In this document: piece by piece, positions 39,491 through 49,298 of the stretch
Numbering within the stretch: position 1 is the stretch's first letter
How the letters are laid out: each line of letters begins with the position of its first letter
NCBI GenBank assembly: GCA_963663765.2
Contig: CAXXUA010000005.1
Location: 64,001-128,000, forward strand
DNA: 64,000 bases
Reading direction: 5' to 3'
DNA from: Candidatus Poribacteria bacterium
Lineage (GTDB): Bacteria; Poribacteria; WGA-4E; WGA-3G
The notes under the pieces: generated by a model
What the model saw: the letters and a program-made list of their open reading frames with translations, nothing else
The model's database searches: none
What the model was told of the DNA's origin: nothing
Translations under genes and position numbers: made by a program

Positions 39491-41503
39491 ATGAAAACTA
39501 AATTATTAATGATTATAACCATTTTATTCTCGATGTTTGCATCTTCGTTTAACATCTCTGCCCAAGATTCTCCGCAATGGAATCTACCAGAAGGTGTAAA
39601 AATGCGCATTGGTAAGGGGCAAACGAATGATATAGATTATTCTCCGGATGGTACATTTTTAGCAGTAGCAAGTTCTATCGGAATTTGGTTCTACGATACA
39701 CAGACTGGTGAGGAACTGGACCTGCTCACAAGTCATAGATCTAAAGTTTTGAGTATTATGTTTAGTCCGGATGGAAAAACTATCGTAGGTGGTTACGAAG
39801 ACAGCACTATCCATCTATGGGATGTGAAAACAAGGCAACATTTACGCACAATCACAGGACATAGGTATCGGGTCAAAAGTATCGTATTCCATCCAGATGG
39901 GAAGATACTTGCAAGTGCCAGTGATGATGGCACAATACGCTTCTGGGATGTGGAAACTGGAATACACCTACGCACAATTACAGGACATAGTAGAGTTATT
40001 AGCATAGTTTTTAGTCCCGATGGAAAAACTATCGCAAGTAGCAGTGAAGGAAACACCATCTATCTGTGGGATGTAAAAACAGGAAAACACCTACAGACAA
40101 TTACAGAATATCGAAATTGGATTACTTCCGTTATGTTCAGTCCAAATGGAAAGACTATAGTCAGTTGTGCTGGCAACATTCACTTGTGGGATGTGGAAAC
40201 TGGGGAAAACATTCTAACTATCACAGAACATCCAAGTTTGAGTGTTGCATTTAGTCCGGATGGAAAGACTATCGCAAGTGGTGGCGGTAATACCATCAAA
40301 CTGTGGGATGCGGAAACTGGTCAAAAGACTCAAATAATCACAGGACATACAGAGTCAATCAATAGTGTAGTATTCAGTCCGGATGGAAAGACCATTGCAA
40401 GCGGAAGTCTTAGGGAGGGTACTATCCGTCTGTGGGATGCTATCACAGGAGATAACATCCACACAATCACAGGACACATGATTGTAACATCTACTGTAGT
40501 ATTCAGTCCGGATGGAAAGACTATAGCAAGTATTAATTCACCCGGTGCCATTCGTCTGTGGGATGCGGATACTGGAAGATTCCTCCAGACACTTGCACAA
40601 CATTCAAGTTCTGCCAATAGCGTCCTGTTTAGTTCAGATGGAAAAACTGTCCTTAGTGGAAGTGGTCGGGATGGCACCGTCCGTTTATGGGATGTGGAAA
40701 CAGGAAAACTACTACGCACAACCACTACGAATACTCAACAAGTACAAAATGTGGTACTAAGTCCAGATGGAAAAGTATTTGCAAATGGGAATAGTAGAGA
40801 TGGCATCATTCATCTATTGGATATGGAAACTGGAAAACTACTGCGTACAATCACAACCAACACAATATGGGTCAATAACATAGTGTTTAGTCCGAATGGA
40901 AAAACCATCGCAAGTGAAGGTTCTGGCAGCCCTATACATCTATGGGATGTGGAAACTGGAAATTTAGTAGGTACATTTACAGGAAGTAGTCATTTGTTGG
41001 TCAGATCTATAGTGTTCAGTCCAAATGGAAAAATTATGGCAAGTGGTAATTCCGATAGTACCACCCGTCTGTGGGATGTAGAAACAGGAAAAAATCTCCT
41101 TATCCTCACATGGCATAGGTCAGGTGTAAAAAGTGTTGGGTTCAGTCCGGATGGGAAAATCATAGCAAGCGGCGGTCATTTTGATGGTTCTATCCGTATG
41201 TGGAATGCGGAAACTGGGCACCACCTACGCGTACTTGAAGGACACACGTCAAGTGTTGAAAGTATCGTATTCAGTCCGGATGGAAACACACTGGCAAGCG
41301 GCAGCAGCGATGGAACGATACTCCTATGGGATAATTCAACCACCCACTTATCCGAAGATGTCAATCAGGATGGTGTTGTTAATATATTAGATCTGACTCA
41401 TGTTGCTTCAAACTTCGGTAAGGATGGACAAAACGGCGCGGATGTCAACGGTGATGGGACGGTAGATATATTAGACTTGGTGCAGGTCGCTGCGGCATTT
41501 TGA
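39491..41503 (+). CDS. Secreted WD40 + dockerin-like protein (paralogue 3)
   Basis: Same architecture; QWNLPEGVKMRIGKG and EDVNQDGVVNILDL. Confidence 0.92.
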   Translation: MKTKLLMIITILFSMFASSFNISAQDSPQWNLPEGVKMRIGKGQTNDIDYSPDGTFLAVASSIGIWFYDTQTGEELDLLTSHRSKVLSIMFSPDGKTIVGGYEDSTIHLWDVKTRQHLRTITGHRYRVKSIVFHPDGKILASASDDGTIRFWDVETGIHLRTITGHSRVISIVFSPDGKTIASSSEGNTIYLWDVKTGKHLQTITEYRNWITSVMFSPNGKTIVSCAGNIHLWDVETGENILTITEHPSLSVAFSPDGKTIASGGGNTIKLWDAETGQKTQIITGHTESINSVVFSPDGKTIASGSLREGTIRLWDAITGDNIHTITGHMIVTSTVVFSPDGKTIASINSPGAIRLWDADTGRFLQTLAQHSSSANSVLFSSDGKTVLSGSGRDGTVRLWDVETGKLLRTTTTNTQQVQNVVLSPDGKVFANGNSRDGIIHLLDMETGKLLRTITTNTIWVNNIVFSPNGKTIASEGSGSPIHLWDVETGNLVGTFTGSSHLLVRSIVFSPNGKIMASGNSDSTTRLWDVETGKNLLILTWHRSGVKSVGFSPDGKIIASGGHFDGSIRMWNAETGHHLRVLEGHTSSVESIVFSPDGNTLASGSSDGTILLWDNSTTHLSEDVNQDGVVNILDLTHVASNFGKDGQNGADVNGDGTVDILDLVQVAAAF

Positions 41504-41546
41504 TTCACAAACTCTTGAGTCATAAGGAACCCATACAAAACAGAAA

Positions 41547-41568
41547 GGACAGGTATATACACCTGTCC
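41547..41568. terminator. Hairpin between the convergent WD40 and glnB genes
   Basis: GGACAGGT-atatac-ACCTGTCC; TTTCTGTTTT follows on the minus strand. Confidence 0.55.
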
Positions 41569-41603
41569 CAACCATTTATTCAAACGCATGACAAAGATAC
41601 AGA

Positions 41604-42014
<411 letters not shown>

Positions 42015-42202
42015 TTATATTGTTTTATGGACGGATCTGAAATTCGCCCTTATATAAGAACTGAGGCATCAACTAAACCACAATGATCATCAATACTAAG
42101 ATCGTGTGAAGCAGAACCCCGCGCTGGAAATAGTATTTCAAAAACACACGTTTATGCAATGCTTCAGTACGGGGTTCATAAACCAAAATAATTGGGTCCT
42201 AA

Positions 42203-42319
42203 CAGGACTTATGCAATTTACAGCACTTATTAAGTTCTCAGCGCGCTTACAAAGCGCCAAATCAACGGTATGAATACCATTTAGGTATTCCCCGCCTACC
42301 GTTTAGTGCGTAAGTCATG
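42203..42319 (+). mobile_element. MITE family A variant (internal deletion plus nested hairpin insert)
   Basis: Ends CAGGACTTATGCA / TGCGTAAGTCATG; GTCCTAA on both flanks. Confidence 0.75.
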
Positions 42320-42322
42320 GTC

Positions 42323-43738
42323 CTAAATATCGTGATAGAGGAAGAATTCATACGGATGTGGACGCATATTAATTGCATCTATCTCATTTTCACGTTTGTA
42401 ATCAATCCAGACATCAAGGACATCTTCCGTGAACACATCACCTTTGAGAAGATACTCGTGGTCATCCTCAAGCGCGTCAATGGCATCGCCAAGAGATGCA
42501 GGCGTGGATTCAATATCGTCAAGCTCCTCTGGTTCAAGGTCATAAAGGTCTTTATCTAACGGATCCCCTGGATGAATCCTGTTCTGAATGCCGTCAAGAC
42601 CTGCCATGAGTAATGCACTGAATGCAAGATACGGATTACAAGATGGATCGGGTGTTCGGAATTCCACACGTTTTGCTTTTTCGCTCTTAGAATAGACAGG
42701 GATTCGGACACAAGCACTACGGTTACGCTGTGAATACGCAATGTTGACTGGTGCTTCATAGCCTGGTACCAATCTCTTATAAGAGTTTGTTGTCGGAGCA
42801 ATGATCGCACACAACGACCGCGCATGCTTAAGCAGACCACCGATATAATAGAGTGCAGTCTCACTCAGAAGCGAATAGCCTTGCGGATCAAAAAATACGT
42901 TTTTCCCATCTTTCCACAAGCTCGTGTGAACGTGCATACCTGAACCGTTGTCTTGGAAAAGCGGTTTTGGCATAAAGGTCGCAACCAAATTATGTGATCG
43001 CGCAACATTTTTGATAATATACTTATACAACGCAATCTTATCGCCAACAGTCGTTAACGTATCAAAGCGGATGTCAATTTCACCTTGTCCTGCAGTACCT
43101 ACCTCGTGGTGATGAACTTCAACATCAACACCCGACTCTATCAACTTAAGGCAGATTTCAGAACGAATGTCTTGAAGTGTATCTGATGGCGGAACGGGGA
43201 AATAACCCTCTTTATAACGCGGTTTGTAACCGAGATTCGGGTTTTCTTCCCGACCAGAATTCCAACTACCTTCCACCGAATCAACATAATAGAAACCAGA
43301 GTGTTGGTTCTGTCCATAACGTATGTCGTTCAATAGATAGAATTCTGCTTCAGGTCCCCAATAACTGATGTCAGCAATGCCAGTGGATTGCAGGTATGCC
43401 TCAGCCTTCTGTGCAATATGCCGCACATCACGCGTGTAATTCTCCAAAGTAATCGGGTCTTTGATATTACATGTGATGCTCAAAGTCGGCACTTGGCAGA
43501 CAGGATCAACCAACGCAGTAGCGGGATCTGGGAACAGCAGCATATCACTCTCGTTAATGGCTTGGAATCCACGGATACTTGACCCATCAAAACCGATGCC
43601 ACCTTCAAACAGGTCTTCGTTCAACTCACCAGCCATAATGGAGAAGTGTTGCCACATCCCTGGCAAATCCATGAACTTCAGATCAACTATCTTAATATTA
43701 TTCTCTTTTGCAAGAGCAATTACCTCACTTGGTGTCAT
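42323..43738 (-). CDS. glnA: Glutamine synthetase type I
   Basis: Motifs FDGSSIRGF, GPEAEF, HHHEV, TFMPKP..DNGSGMH, NSYKRLVPGYEAP, DKDLY. Confidence 0.98.
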   Translation of the reverse strand: MTPSEVIALAKENNIKIVDLKFMDLPGMWQHFSIMAGELNEDLFEGGIGFDGSSIRGFQAINESDMLLFPDPATALVDPVCQVPTLSITCNIKDPITLENYTRDVRHIAQKAEAYLQSTGIADISYWGPEAEFYLLNDIRYGQNQHSGFYYVDSVEGSWNSGREENPNLGYKPRYKEGYFPVPPSDTLQDIRSEICLKLIESGVDVEVHHHEVGTAGQGEIDIRFDTLTTVGDKIALYKYIIKNVARSHNLVATFMPKPLFQDNGSGMHVHTSLWKDGKNVFFDPQGYSLLSETALYYIGGLLKHARSLCAIIAPTTNSYKRLVPGYEAPVNIAYSQRNRSACVRIPVYSKSEKAKRVEFRTPDPSCNPYLAFSALLMAGLDGIQNRIHPGDPLDKDLYDLEPEELDDIESTPASLGDAIDALEDDHEYLLKGDVFTEDVLDVWIDYKRENEIDAINMRPHPYEFFLYHDI

Positions 43739-43834
43739 TCACATTTCCTCCTAAAAATATAGATAAATTTAACTCGTAACAGGTCATCAATTAAAGCATA
43801 ATATAAAATTAAAATAAGATTCCAACATTGATTG

Positions 43835-43851
43835 TGCAAAGTTTATGCCAA
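43835..43851 (-). promoter_or_regulatory. sigma54 (-24/-12) promoter of glnA
   Basis: Minus strand TTGGCATAAACTTTGCA fits GG-N10-GC. Confidence 0.8.
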
Positions 43852-43994
43852 TTTTGTAACCTTCCTCACGATTCAGATAAATCAACTCAACTCAATAAAG
43901 ACAAGGTTGGGTAAAACGCAGATAGGATAATCAATCTATACCACTGTCAATAGCAAGGAATTTTAAATGATAACTACAGATTTACTCATGATTT

Positions 43995-44034
43995 TGCTAA
44001 ATTATTAGGCATAGAATTGCCCAAAATTTCAGCA
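43995..44034. promoter_or_regulatory. Two tandem NtrC-like enhancer boxes
   Basis: TGCTAAATTATTAGGCA (43995-44011) and TGCCCAAAATTTCAGCA (44018-44034), both TGC-N11-GCA, about 145-185 bp upstream of the sigma54 site. Confidence 0.65.
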
Positions 44035-44037
44035 GAA

Positions 44038-44631
44038 TTATTCCTTATTCTCCTTCTTTAACTCAACGTCTTCATCAAAACGACTTGTTTCTGGTCCATC
44101 TTGTCCAGCATACTTATTGTCTGGTTTCAATCGGTACGGTTTACTTGATGGTGATGAAAGTTTTTCAAAGGTAAAAGCACAAATTCGCATCCCCGGATAG
44201 AGTCCGACAGGCATGCGTCCAAGATTACCTAATTCCAAAGTAGCATTTCCAACCCAACCTGGATCAAACAGTCCTGCGGTACTGTGAACGATAATGCCAA
44301 GTCTACCTAAGCTGCTTCTGCCTTCAAGCCGTGCCATCACGTCATCAGCTAATTCCAATTTTTCTTGTGTTGCGGCAAGAACAAACTCTCCGGGTTGCAT
44401 CATAAATGATTCACCGTCAGCAACTCTAACTTCCCGCATCAGATCATCAGCATCAACCTTTTTCTTCAAATCAATATATGGATATTTGCTATGTTCAAAA
44501 ACACGAAAGGTGTTACCCAATCTGAAATCAATGGAACAACTTCCAAACTGTGTTTCTATATCTGGTTCAGGGGTAATCTTTATCTTTCCTGCGCGTATAT
44601 AGTTTTCTATGTCAACATTTGATAATACCAT
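44038..44631 (-). CDS. dcd: dCTP deaminase
   Basis: Motifs SIDFRLG, PGEFVLA, EGRSSLGRLG, AGLFDPG, TLELGN, KYAGQ. Confidence 0.95.
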   Translation of the reverse strand: MVLSNVDIENYIRAGKIKITPEPDIETQFGSCSIDFRLGNTFRVFEHSKYPYIDLKKKVDADDLMREVRVADGESFMMQPGEFVLAATQEKLELADDVMARLEGRSSLGRLGIIVHSTAGLFDPGWVGNATLELGNLGRMPVGLYPGMRICAFTFEKLSSPSSKPYRLKPDNKYAGQDGPETSRFDEDVELKKENKE

Positions 44632-44735
44632 ATTATAATGTTACCATAGTTCTGTTAAAATGTCACGTTTTTTAAAAATCTTATGTGTGGAAGGATATCA
44701 GCAATGCCATAGGTAGTAACTTAGTGGTTTCTTAA

Positions 44736-44894
44736 CTGTCTGAATCACGGATTACACGGATTGCGCGGAATTCTGAATTTGGTTCTCAAAGCAACTATCA
44801 TAAATATGCTTTCAATGTTTGAAACGGGATTTGGAATATGAAGACTCAAAATCCGCAAAATCTGCGTAATCCTTGTAATCCGCGATTCAGACAG
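44736..44894. repeat. Inverted element built from 9-bp ACGGATT-type units
   Basis: Ends CTGTCTGAATCACGGATTACA / TGTAATCCGCGATTCAGACAG; related pieces near 8300, 9950, 23300, 49110 and 52860. Confidence 0.75.
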
Positions 44895-44947
44895 GATAGG
44901 TAATGCTAAATTGGTACCAATAGGATTCGCAAATGTGCAACCCAAAC

Positions 44948-46279
44948 CTACATGACCTCCCAATCATCTGGTGCGACTCCACGATAAGCATAATCTAATA
45001 GGGTCACAGGATGCATCGCTATCATATCTAACCCATGTTTTTGGATGCCGAGTTGAATCTGGAGTAAACACCCAGGGTTCCCTGTTGCGACAATATCAGC
45101 CTCAGTTTCTACGATGTGTGCCATTTTCCGTTCAAGTATCTCCTGTGAAAGTTCAGGTTGTGTGATATTATAGATACCCGCACTGCCACAACACCACTCA
45201 GATTCTGCCAACTCAATGAGTTCAAGTCCGGGTATCGCTTGCAAGACTTTTCGGGGTTGCGTTTTGACTCGCTGCCCGTGTAGGAGATGGCACGGTTCAT
45301 CATAAGTAACGCGCATCGGGATTTCACCTTTAGGTGGGACCATCTCTATTTCCGCTAAGAACTCGCTGATGTCGCGCATTTTATGGCTGAAGTTTTCCGC
45401 TTTTTCAGCGTAACCTCCATCGTTTTCAAGGAGTGCTTCATACTCCTTAAGTGTCGCACCACATCCCGCAGAGTTAATAACGATCGCATCCAAGTTCTCG
45501 TTCTCAAACGCATCAATATTCTGTTTTGCAAGGTCAGCAGCAACATCGCGTGATCCGTTATGCAAGTGTAGCGCGCCGCAACAGGTCTGTTGACGCGGTG
45601 TAACAACTTCACATCCATTCGCCGCTAACACGCGTATCGTCGCCAAATTCGTCTCAGTGAACACCTGATTCATGATGCACCCAGGAATAAAACCGACACG
45701 GTATCGCGTTTCGCTTTCAGCGGGAGTGACATCACGTATCTTATATTTGAGATGTGGAGATGGAATTGTCGGTAGTAATGACTCCATCTGTCCGAGTTGC
45801 CCCATCAATTTCAGGATTCCCGTTTTCTGCACTAACCACCGTAAACCGAGTTTTTGGTAAATCCACATCAATTCAAATATCAGGTCTAACCTATCTTTGT
45901 TTGGCAGAATTTGCTTGAAAACGAGATTGCTCCAAAATCGGTGACTTTTCGATCGGTGTGCGTTTTGCTCATAGATGGCGCGTGCTTGTTCAAGCAATTC
46001 CCCAAAGTGAACACCAGAAGGACATGCTGTCTCACAAGCACGGCAATCTAAACACCGATAGATATATTCTGCCCAGTCTTCGGATAGTGGTGTAGCATCT
46101 TGCTTCTTGAACGCACTCCCCATCAGATATAACCTGCCTCTTGGGGAATCCGTTTCTAAACCTAATTCTCTATAGGTTGGACAGGTAGGCAGGCAGAGAC
46201 CGCAGTGTGTGCAGGCATCCCATTTCTTCCAACTGAAGGTCTCTATACCAATAAGCGGTTGGGTTTGTTGGTTGGACAT
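44948..46279 (-). CDS. glcF: GlcF-like Fe-S oxidoreductase subunit (two 4Fe-4S plus two CCG domains)
   Basis: Motifs CTHCGLCLPTCP, SPRGR, CLDCRACETACPSGV, CCGA, CCGSAG.YN. Confidence 0.8.
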   Translation of the reverse strand: MSNQQTQPLIGIETFSWKKWDACTHCGLCLPTCPTYRELGLETDSPRGRLYLMGSAFKKQDATPLSEDWAEYIYRCLDCRACETACPSGVHFGELLEQARAIYEQNAHRSKSHRFWSNLVFKQILPNKDRLDLIFELMWIYQKLGLRWLVQKTGILKLMGQLGQMESLLPTIPSPHLKYKIRDVTPAESETRYRVGFIPGCIMNQVFTETNLATIRVLAANGCEVVTPRQQTCCGALHLHNGSRDVAADLAKQNIDAFENENLDAIVINSAGCGATLKEYEALLENDGGYAEKAENFSHKMRDISEFLAEIEMVPPKGEIPMRVTYDEPCHLLHGQRVKTQPRKVLQAIPGLELIELAESEWCCGSAGIYNITQPELSQEILERKMAHIVETEADIVATGNPGCLLQIQLGIQKHGLDMIAMHPVTLLDYAYRGVAPDDWEVM

Positions 46280-46290
46280 GTCAAATTATC

Positions 46291-46749
46291 TTAAGGTGCT
46301 AATGTCTTTTTTCTATGCCAAAGATTTATGATGTATTTGCGGAGTTTCATCAGGATAACACCAATTATAAACAGGAAGAGGAGTATAAGAAAGTGTTTTC
46401 GAACATCTGCTACTAATATCCCGACGAAAAATAGAATCGAGAGTGCAATCAATATGATTGTAGCATATATCATGTAGTTGGAGTTCTCATCAATCGCAGA
46501 AGTTTTCTTTAGATTATTCATTCTGTTTTCGTTAATTTTTTCTACAATTAGATGCTTTTCCTGCTGCGTGAATTCTCTTTTTTCAGCAGTAGTCTTGGGT
46601 GAAATAGACAAATGCTTATACCGTCTTTTTCGTTTCGGTAAGACCAGTCCAAGCAGCAATAAACAACCTACAAAAGTCATGATGTGAACAGGATATGTTG
46701 AAATCAGTTCTAATACACCATATAAATCAGCCATCTCAGTTTCCTTCAA
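46291..46749 (-). CDS. Small membrane protein, unknown function
   Basis: Three hydrophobic segments; tightly packed in the operon. Confidence 0.6.
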   Translation of the reverse strand: MKETEMADLYGVLELISTYPVHIMTFVGCLLLLGLVLPKRKRRYKHLSISPKTTAEKREFTQQEKHLIVEKINENRMNNLKKTSAIDENSNYMIYATIILIALSILFFVGILVADVRKHFLILLFLFIIGVILMKLRKYIINLWHRKKTLAP

Positions 46750-46754
46750 CTTTC

Positions 46755-47588
46755 TTATGTGCCGGTGATGATTTTCTTAATCCCTTCATTCAGACTACCA
46801 GACCTATATCCTTGTAAGTCAATTGTAACGTGTGCATAGCCAAGGGTTTTAAAGTGAGTGTTGATTTTGTTTCGTGCATCTTTCTGTTGAAGTCGATAAA
46901 TCTCCTCAGCTTCAAGTTCAATCCGAGCAAGGTCTTCATGGTGACGCACACGAAATTGACGAATGCCTAAATCGTAAAGAAATTGTTCCGCAGCATCAAC
47001 TTGACGTAGTAATTCACGGGTGATACGCATACCGTAAGGGAAACGAGAGGATAGGCAGGCAAAAGCAGGTTTATCCCAAGTTGGTAATTCCCATGCTTTT
47101 GAAATCTCACGTATCTCTGTTTTTGTCAAGTCAACATCAATCAGTGGTGCTTTGATCCCCATCTGTTTCGCCGCGTCCATTCCGGGACGATGGTCACCAA
47201 CATCATCAGGAATTGCTCCATAGACAATTGTTCCAACGTTATACTTTTCTGCGATTGGATTTAATTTATCAAACAACTCTGTCTTACAAAAGAAACACCG
47301 ATTAGTTGGATTGCTTGCGTAACCCTCCAATTCCAACTCCTCTGTGTGAACCGTTTCAAAGCGGATACCGATCTGTTTGGCAATATCCTGTGCAGCCTTC
47401 ATCTCACGGATTGGATAGGAATCAGAAATCGCTGTAACCGCAAGGGCATTTTCCCCTAATGCGTTCTGGGCTGCCTCTGCAAGGAATGTGCTATCAACAC
47501 CACCAGAAAACGCTACAATAACCTTTTCGTAACCACGCAGACATTCATAAAGTCTATTTACTTTTGTTTGTAATAATTGAGGGAACAT
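46755..47588 (-). CDS. larE: ATP-dependent sacrificial sulfur transferase, LarE/TIGR00268 family
   Basis: PP-loop AFSGGVDS, NRCFFCK, D..DHRPG, WDKPAFACLSSRFPYG, GYRSGS. Start reassigned to ATG 47588. Confidence 0.88.
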   Translation of the reverse strand: MFPQLLQTKVNRLYECLRGYEKVIVAFSGGVDSTFLAEAAQNALGENALAVTAISDSYPIREMKAAQDIAKQIGIRFETVHTEELELEGYASNPTNRCFFCKTELFDKLNPIAEKYNVGTIVYGAIPDDVGDHRPGMDAAKQMGIKAPLIDVDLTKTEIREISKAWELPTWDKPAFACLSSRFPYGMRITRELLRQVDAAEQFLYDLGIRQFRVRHHEDLARIELEAEEIYRLQQKDARNKINTHFKTLGYAHVTIDLQGYRSGSLNEGIKKIITGT

Positions 47589-47628
47589 CAGTTCACATCC
47601 TATCTTTCTGTCCGATACCTTGCACATT

Positions 47629-47845
47629 CAGGACTTATGCACCCAACGGTTGGCGGGGAATGCCTAAAGAAGCATGCGCGTATGGCATGCTCCATGATTC
47701 ATACCCGGGGAATACCATAAGGTATTCATACCGTTGATTACTTGATTTGGTGCTTTGTAAGCGCGCTGGAAGCACAAATAATGTTGAAAATTACATCCTT
47801 TTCAGCACAATTCTTAATTAAATCATGAAAACTGCGTAAGTCCTG
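47629..47845 (-). mobile_element. MITE family A copy with a ~95-bp nested insert
   Basis: Ends CAGGACTTATGCA / TGCGTAAGTCCTG; flanks ACATT and ACAAT. Confidence 0.85.
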
Positions 47846-47865
47846 ACAATACAATATGATAGTAA

Positions 47866-48501
47866 TTAGTATGGACGATCTGCTTTCTGGATTTGCTCCA
47901 GTTCACTCCTTAGGAGTTGTCTTTTTATTCCACTAATCCTGTCAATAAAAAGCGTTCCGTTGAGATGGTCAATTTCGTGTTGTAACACGCGTGAAAGTAA
48001 TCCTGAGGCTTCAAACTCAATATACTCTCCGTTCAATATCATTGCTTTCACAGCAATCTTCTCCGGACGTTTCACATCTGCATGAAGGTCAGGTATACTC
48101 AAACATCCTTCCTGGGCAACTGATTCTCCTTCAGAAGTTAGTATTTCAGGATTAAACAACATCAACGGATCAAATTCTTCGTCTTCATCATCACCTAAAT
48201 CAACAATCAAAAACCGCTTTAGAATCCCAACCTGTGTTGCTGCGAGTCCGATACCATTACCAGTCCCATAGAGTGTCATAAGCATATCTTCAGCAAGTTT
48301 TATTTCTGCTTCGGTTATTTCCTCAACAGGTTCAGCTCTTTTGCGTAATACTGGATCGCCATAATATCGGAGTTGTAAAGGGGATGTTTTTGATAGGTGT
48401 GGTCCTTCATCTACACCTTGGTCAGCACTTTGTATGTTTTTGCGTTTTCTTTTTACTTTAGACATAACGTTGGGTATTTCTCCAGATTCTTTTCTCAACA
48501 A
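47866..48501 (-). CDS. def: Peptide deformylase (start possibly ATG 48465)
   Basis: Motifs GIGLAATQVG, EGCLS, QHEIDHLNG. Confidence 0.97.
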   Translation of the reverse strand: MLRKESGEIPNVMSKVKRKRKNIQSADQGVDEGPHLSKTSPLQLRYYGDPVLRKRAEPVEEITEAEIKLAEDMLMTLYGTGNGIGLAATQVGILKRFLIVDLGDDEDEEFDPLMLFNPEILTSEGESVAQEGCLSIPDLHADVKRPEKIAVKAMILNGEYIEFEASGLLSRVLQHEIDHLNGTLFIDRISGIKRQLLRSELEQIQKADRPY

Positions 48502-48510
48502 GGTCTTATT

Positions 48511-48539
48511 ATCATAACACCATTAACATAAAATGTCAA
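48511..48539 (-). promoter_or_regulatory. sigma70 promoter for def
   Basis: TTGACA-17bp-TATGAT with an extended TG. Confidence 0.7.
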
Positions 48540-48559
48540 GAATAATAAATGTCTGAACC

Positions 48560-49275
48560 AATTGATTTCAATTATCAAAATGTACTCTTGTTGTAAGAAT
48601 TTTTATCTCTGATTTTCCCTTTTTCTGTATGCAGGAAATGCTTCTGTTTATCACACCTGTACCAAACGTAAAATTTTTTAGTTGTTTTTTTCGTGATTTT
48701 CGTGTTTTTTTCAAAAGCCTTCTCAATCCTGTTGTGATATAGGTTTATGAAGGTTTTACGATTTTACGAAATTTTGAAAAAAACAACTAAATGGATTATT
48801 TATCGTTTTTTTGTTACAACCTATCTCATAAATGGTAGGAGGGGTTTCTAACCCCGATTTACTCAACACGTGAGCCAGTGAATTTGAAAATAAATCGTAT
48901 TTATGAGATACGCTGTAGTGTTTTTTGAGTATGTTTTATGTTGTCTTTTAGCATTGTATAGTGTTTTTGACTTCTATATATTATATGGGATTTTTGATGG
49001 GGTTGTAAGTTTTTTGATTTGATTTCTTATTGGGATTTCCAATAGATATGGGGTGTAGTTGAGGATATTGTTAAGTTTTCAGTTTTTAGTTGTCGGATTA
49101 CGTGCCGTGTGACGGAATCGCGGATTTCACAGATTTCACGGATAAGACCCCTGCATTTGGTTGTTATCGCTATGTTGATGTTTTCTTGTGGTTACTTGTA
49201 GAAAGATCACGCTTATCTTGTAAATCTAATCATCCTGCAAATACAGGTTCAGACAAATTGCCGAAAACTTTAGTT
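48560..49275 (-). repeat. Long ORF-less dispersed element, copy 2 (inverted; REP inserted near 48835)
   Basis: Reverse complement is collinear with 8161-8820. Confidence 0.65.
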
Positions 49276-49298
49276 ATGCATTATTTTACACCAAATTT

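Noticed and set aside
35400-41330. Regularly spaced TTTAGTCCAGATGGAAA repeats and antisense ORFs
   Set aside because: They are codons of the WD40 FSPDGK motif; the antisense ORFs are shadows.
44745-44963. 72-aa ORF containing ITRITQI
   Set aside because: Translation of the 9-bp ACGGATT repeat element. The same applies to 49090-49302 (DFTDFTD) and to 10127-10312 (MITE-derived).
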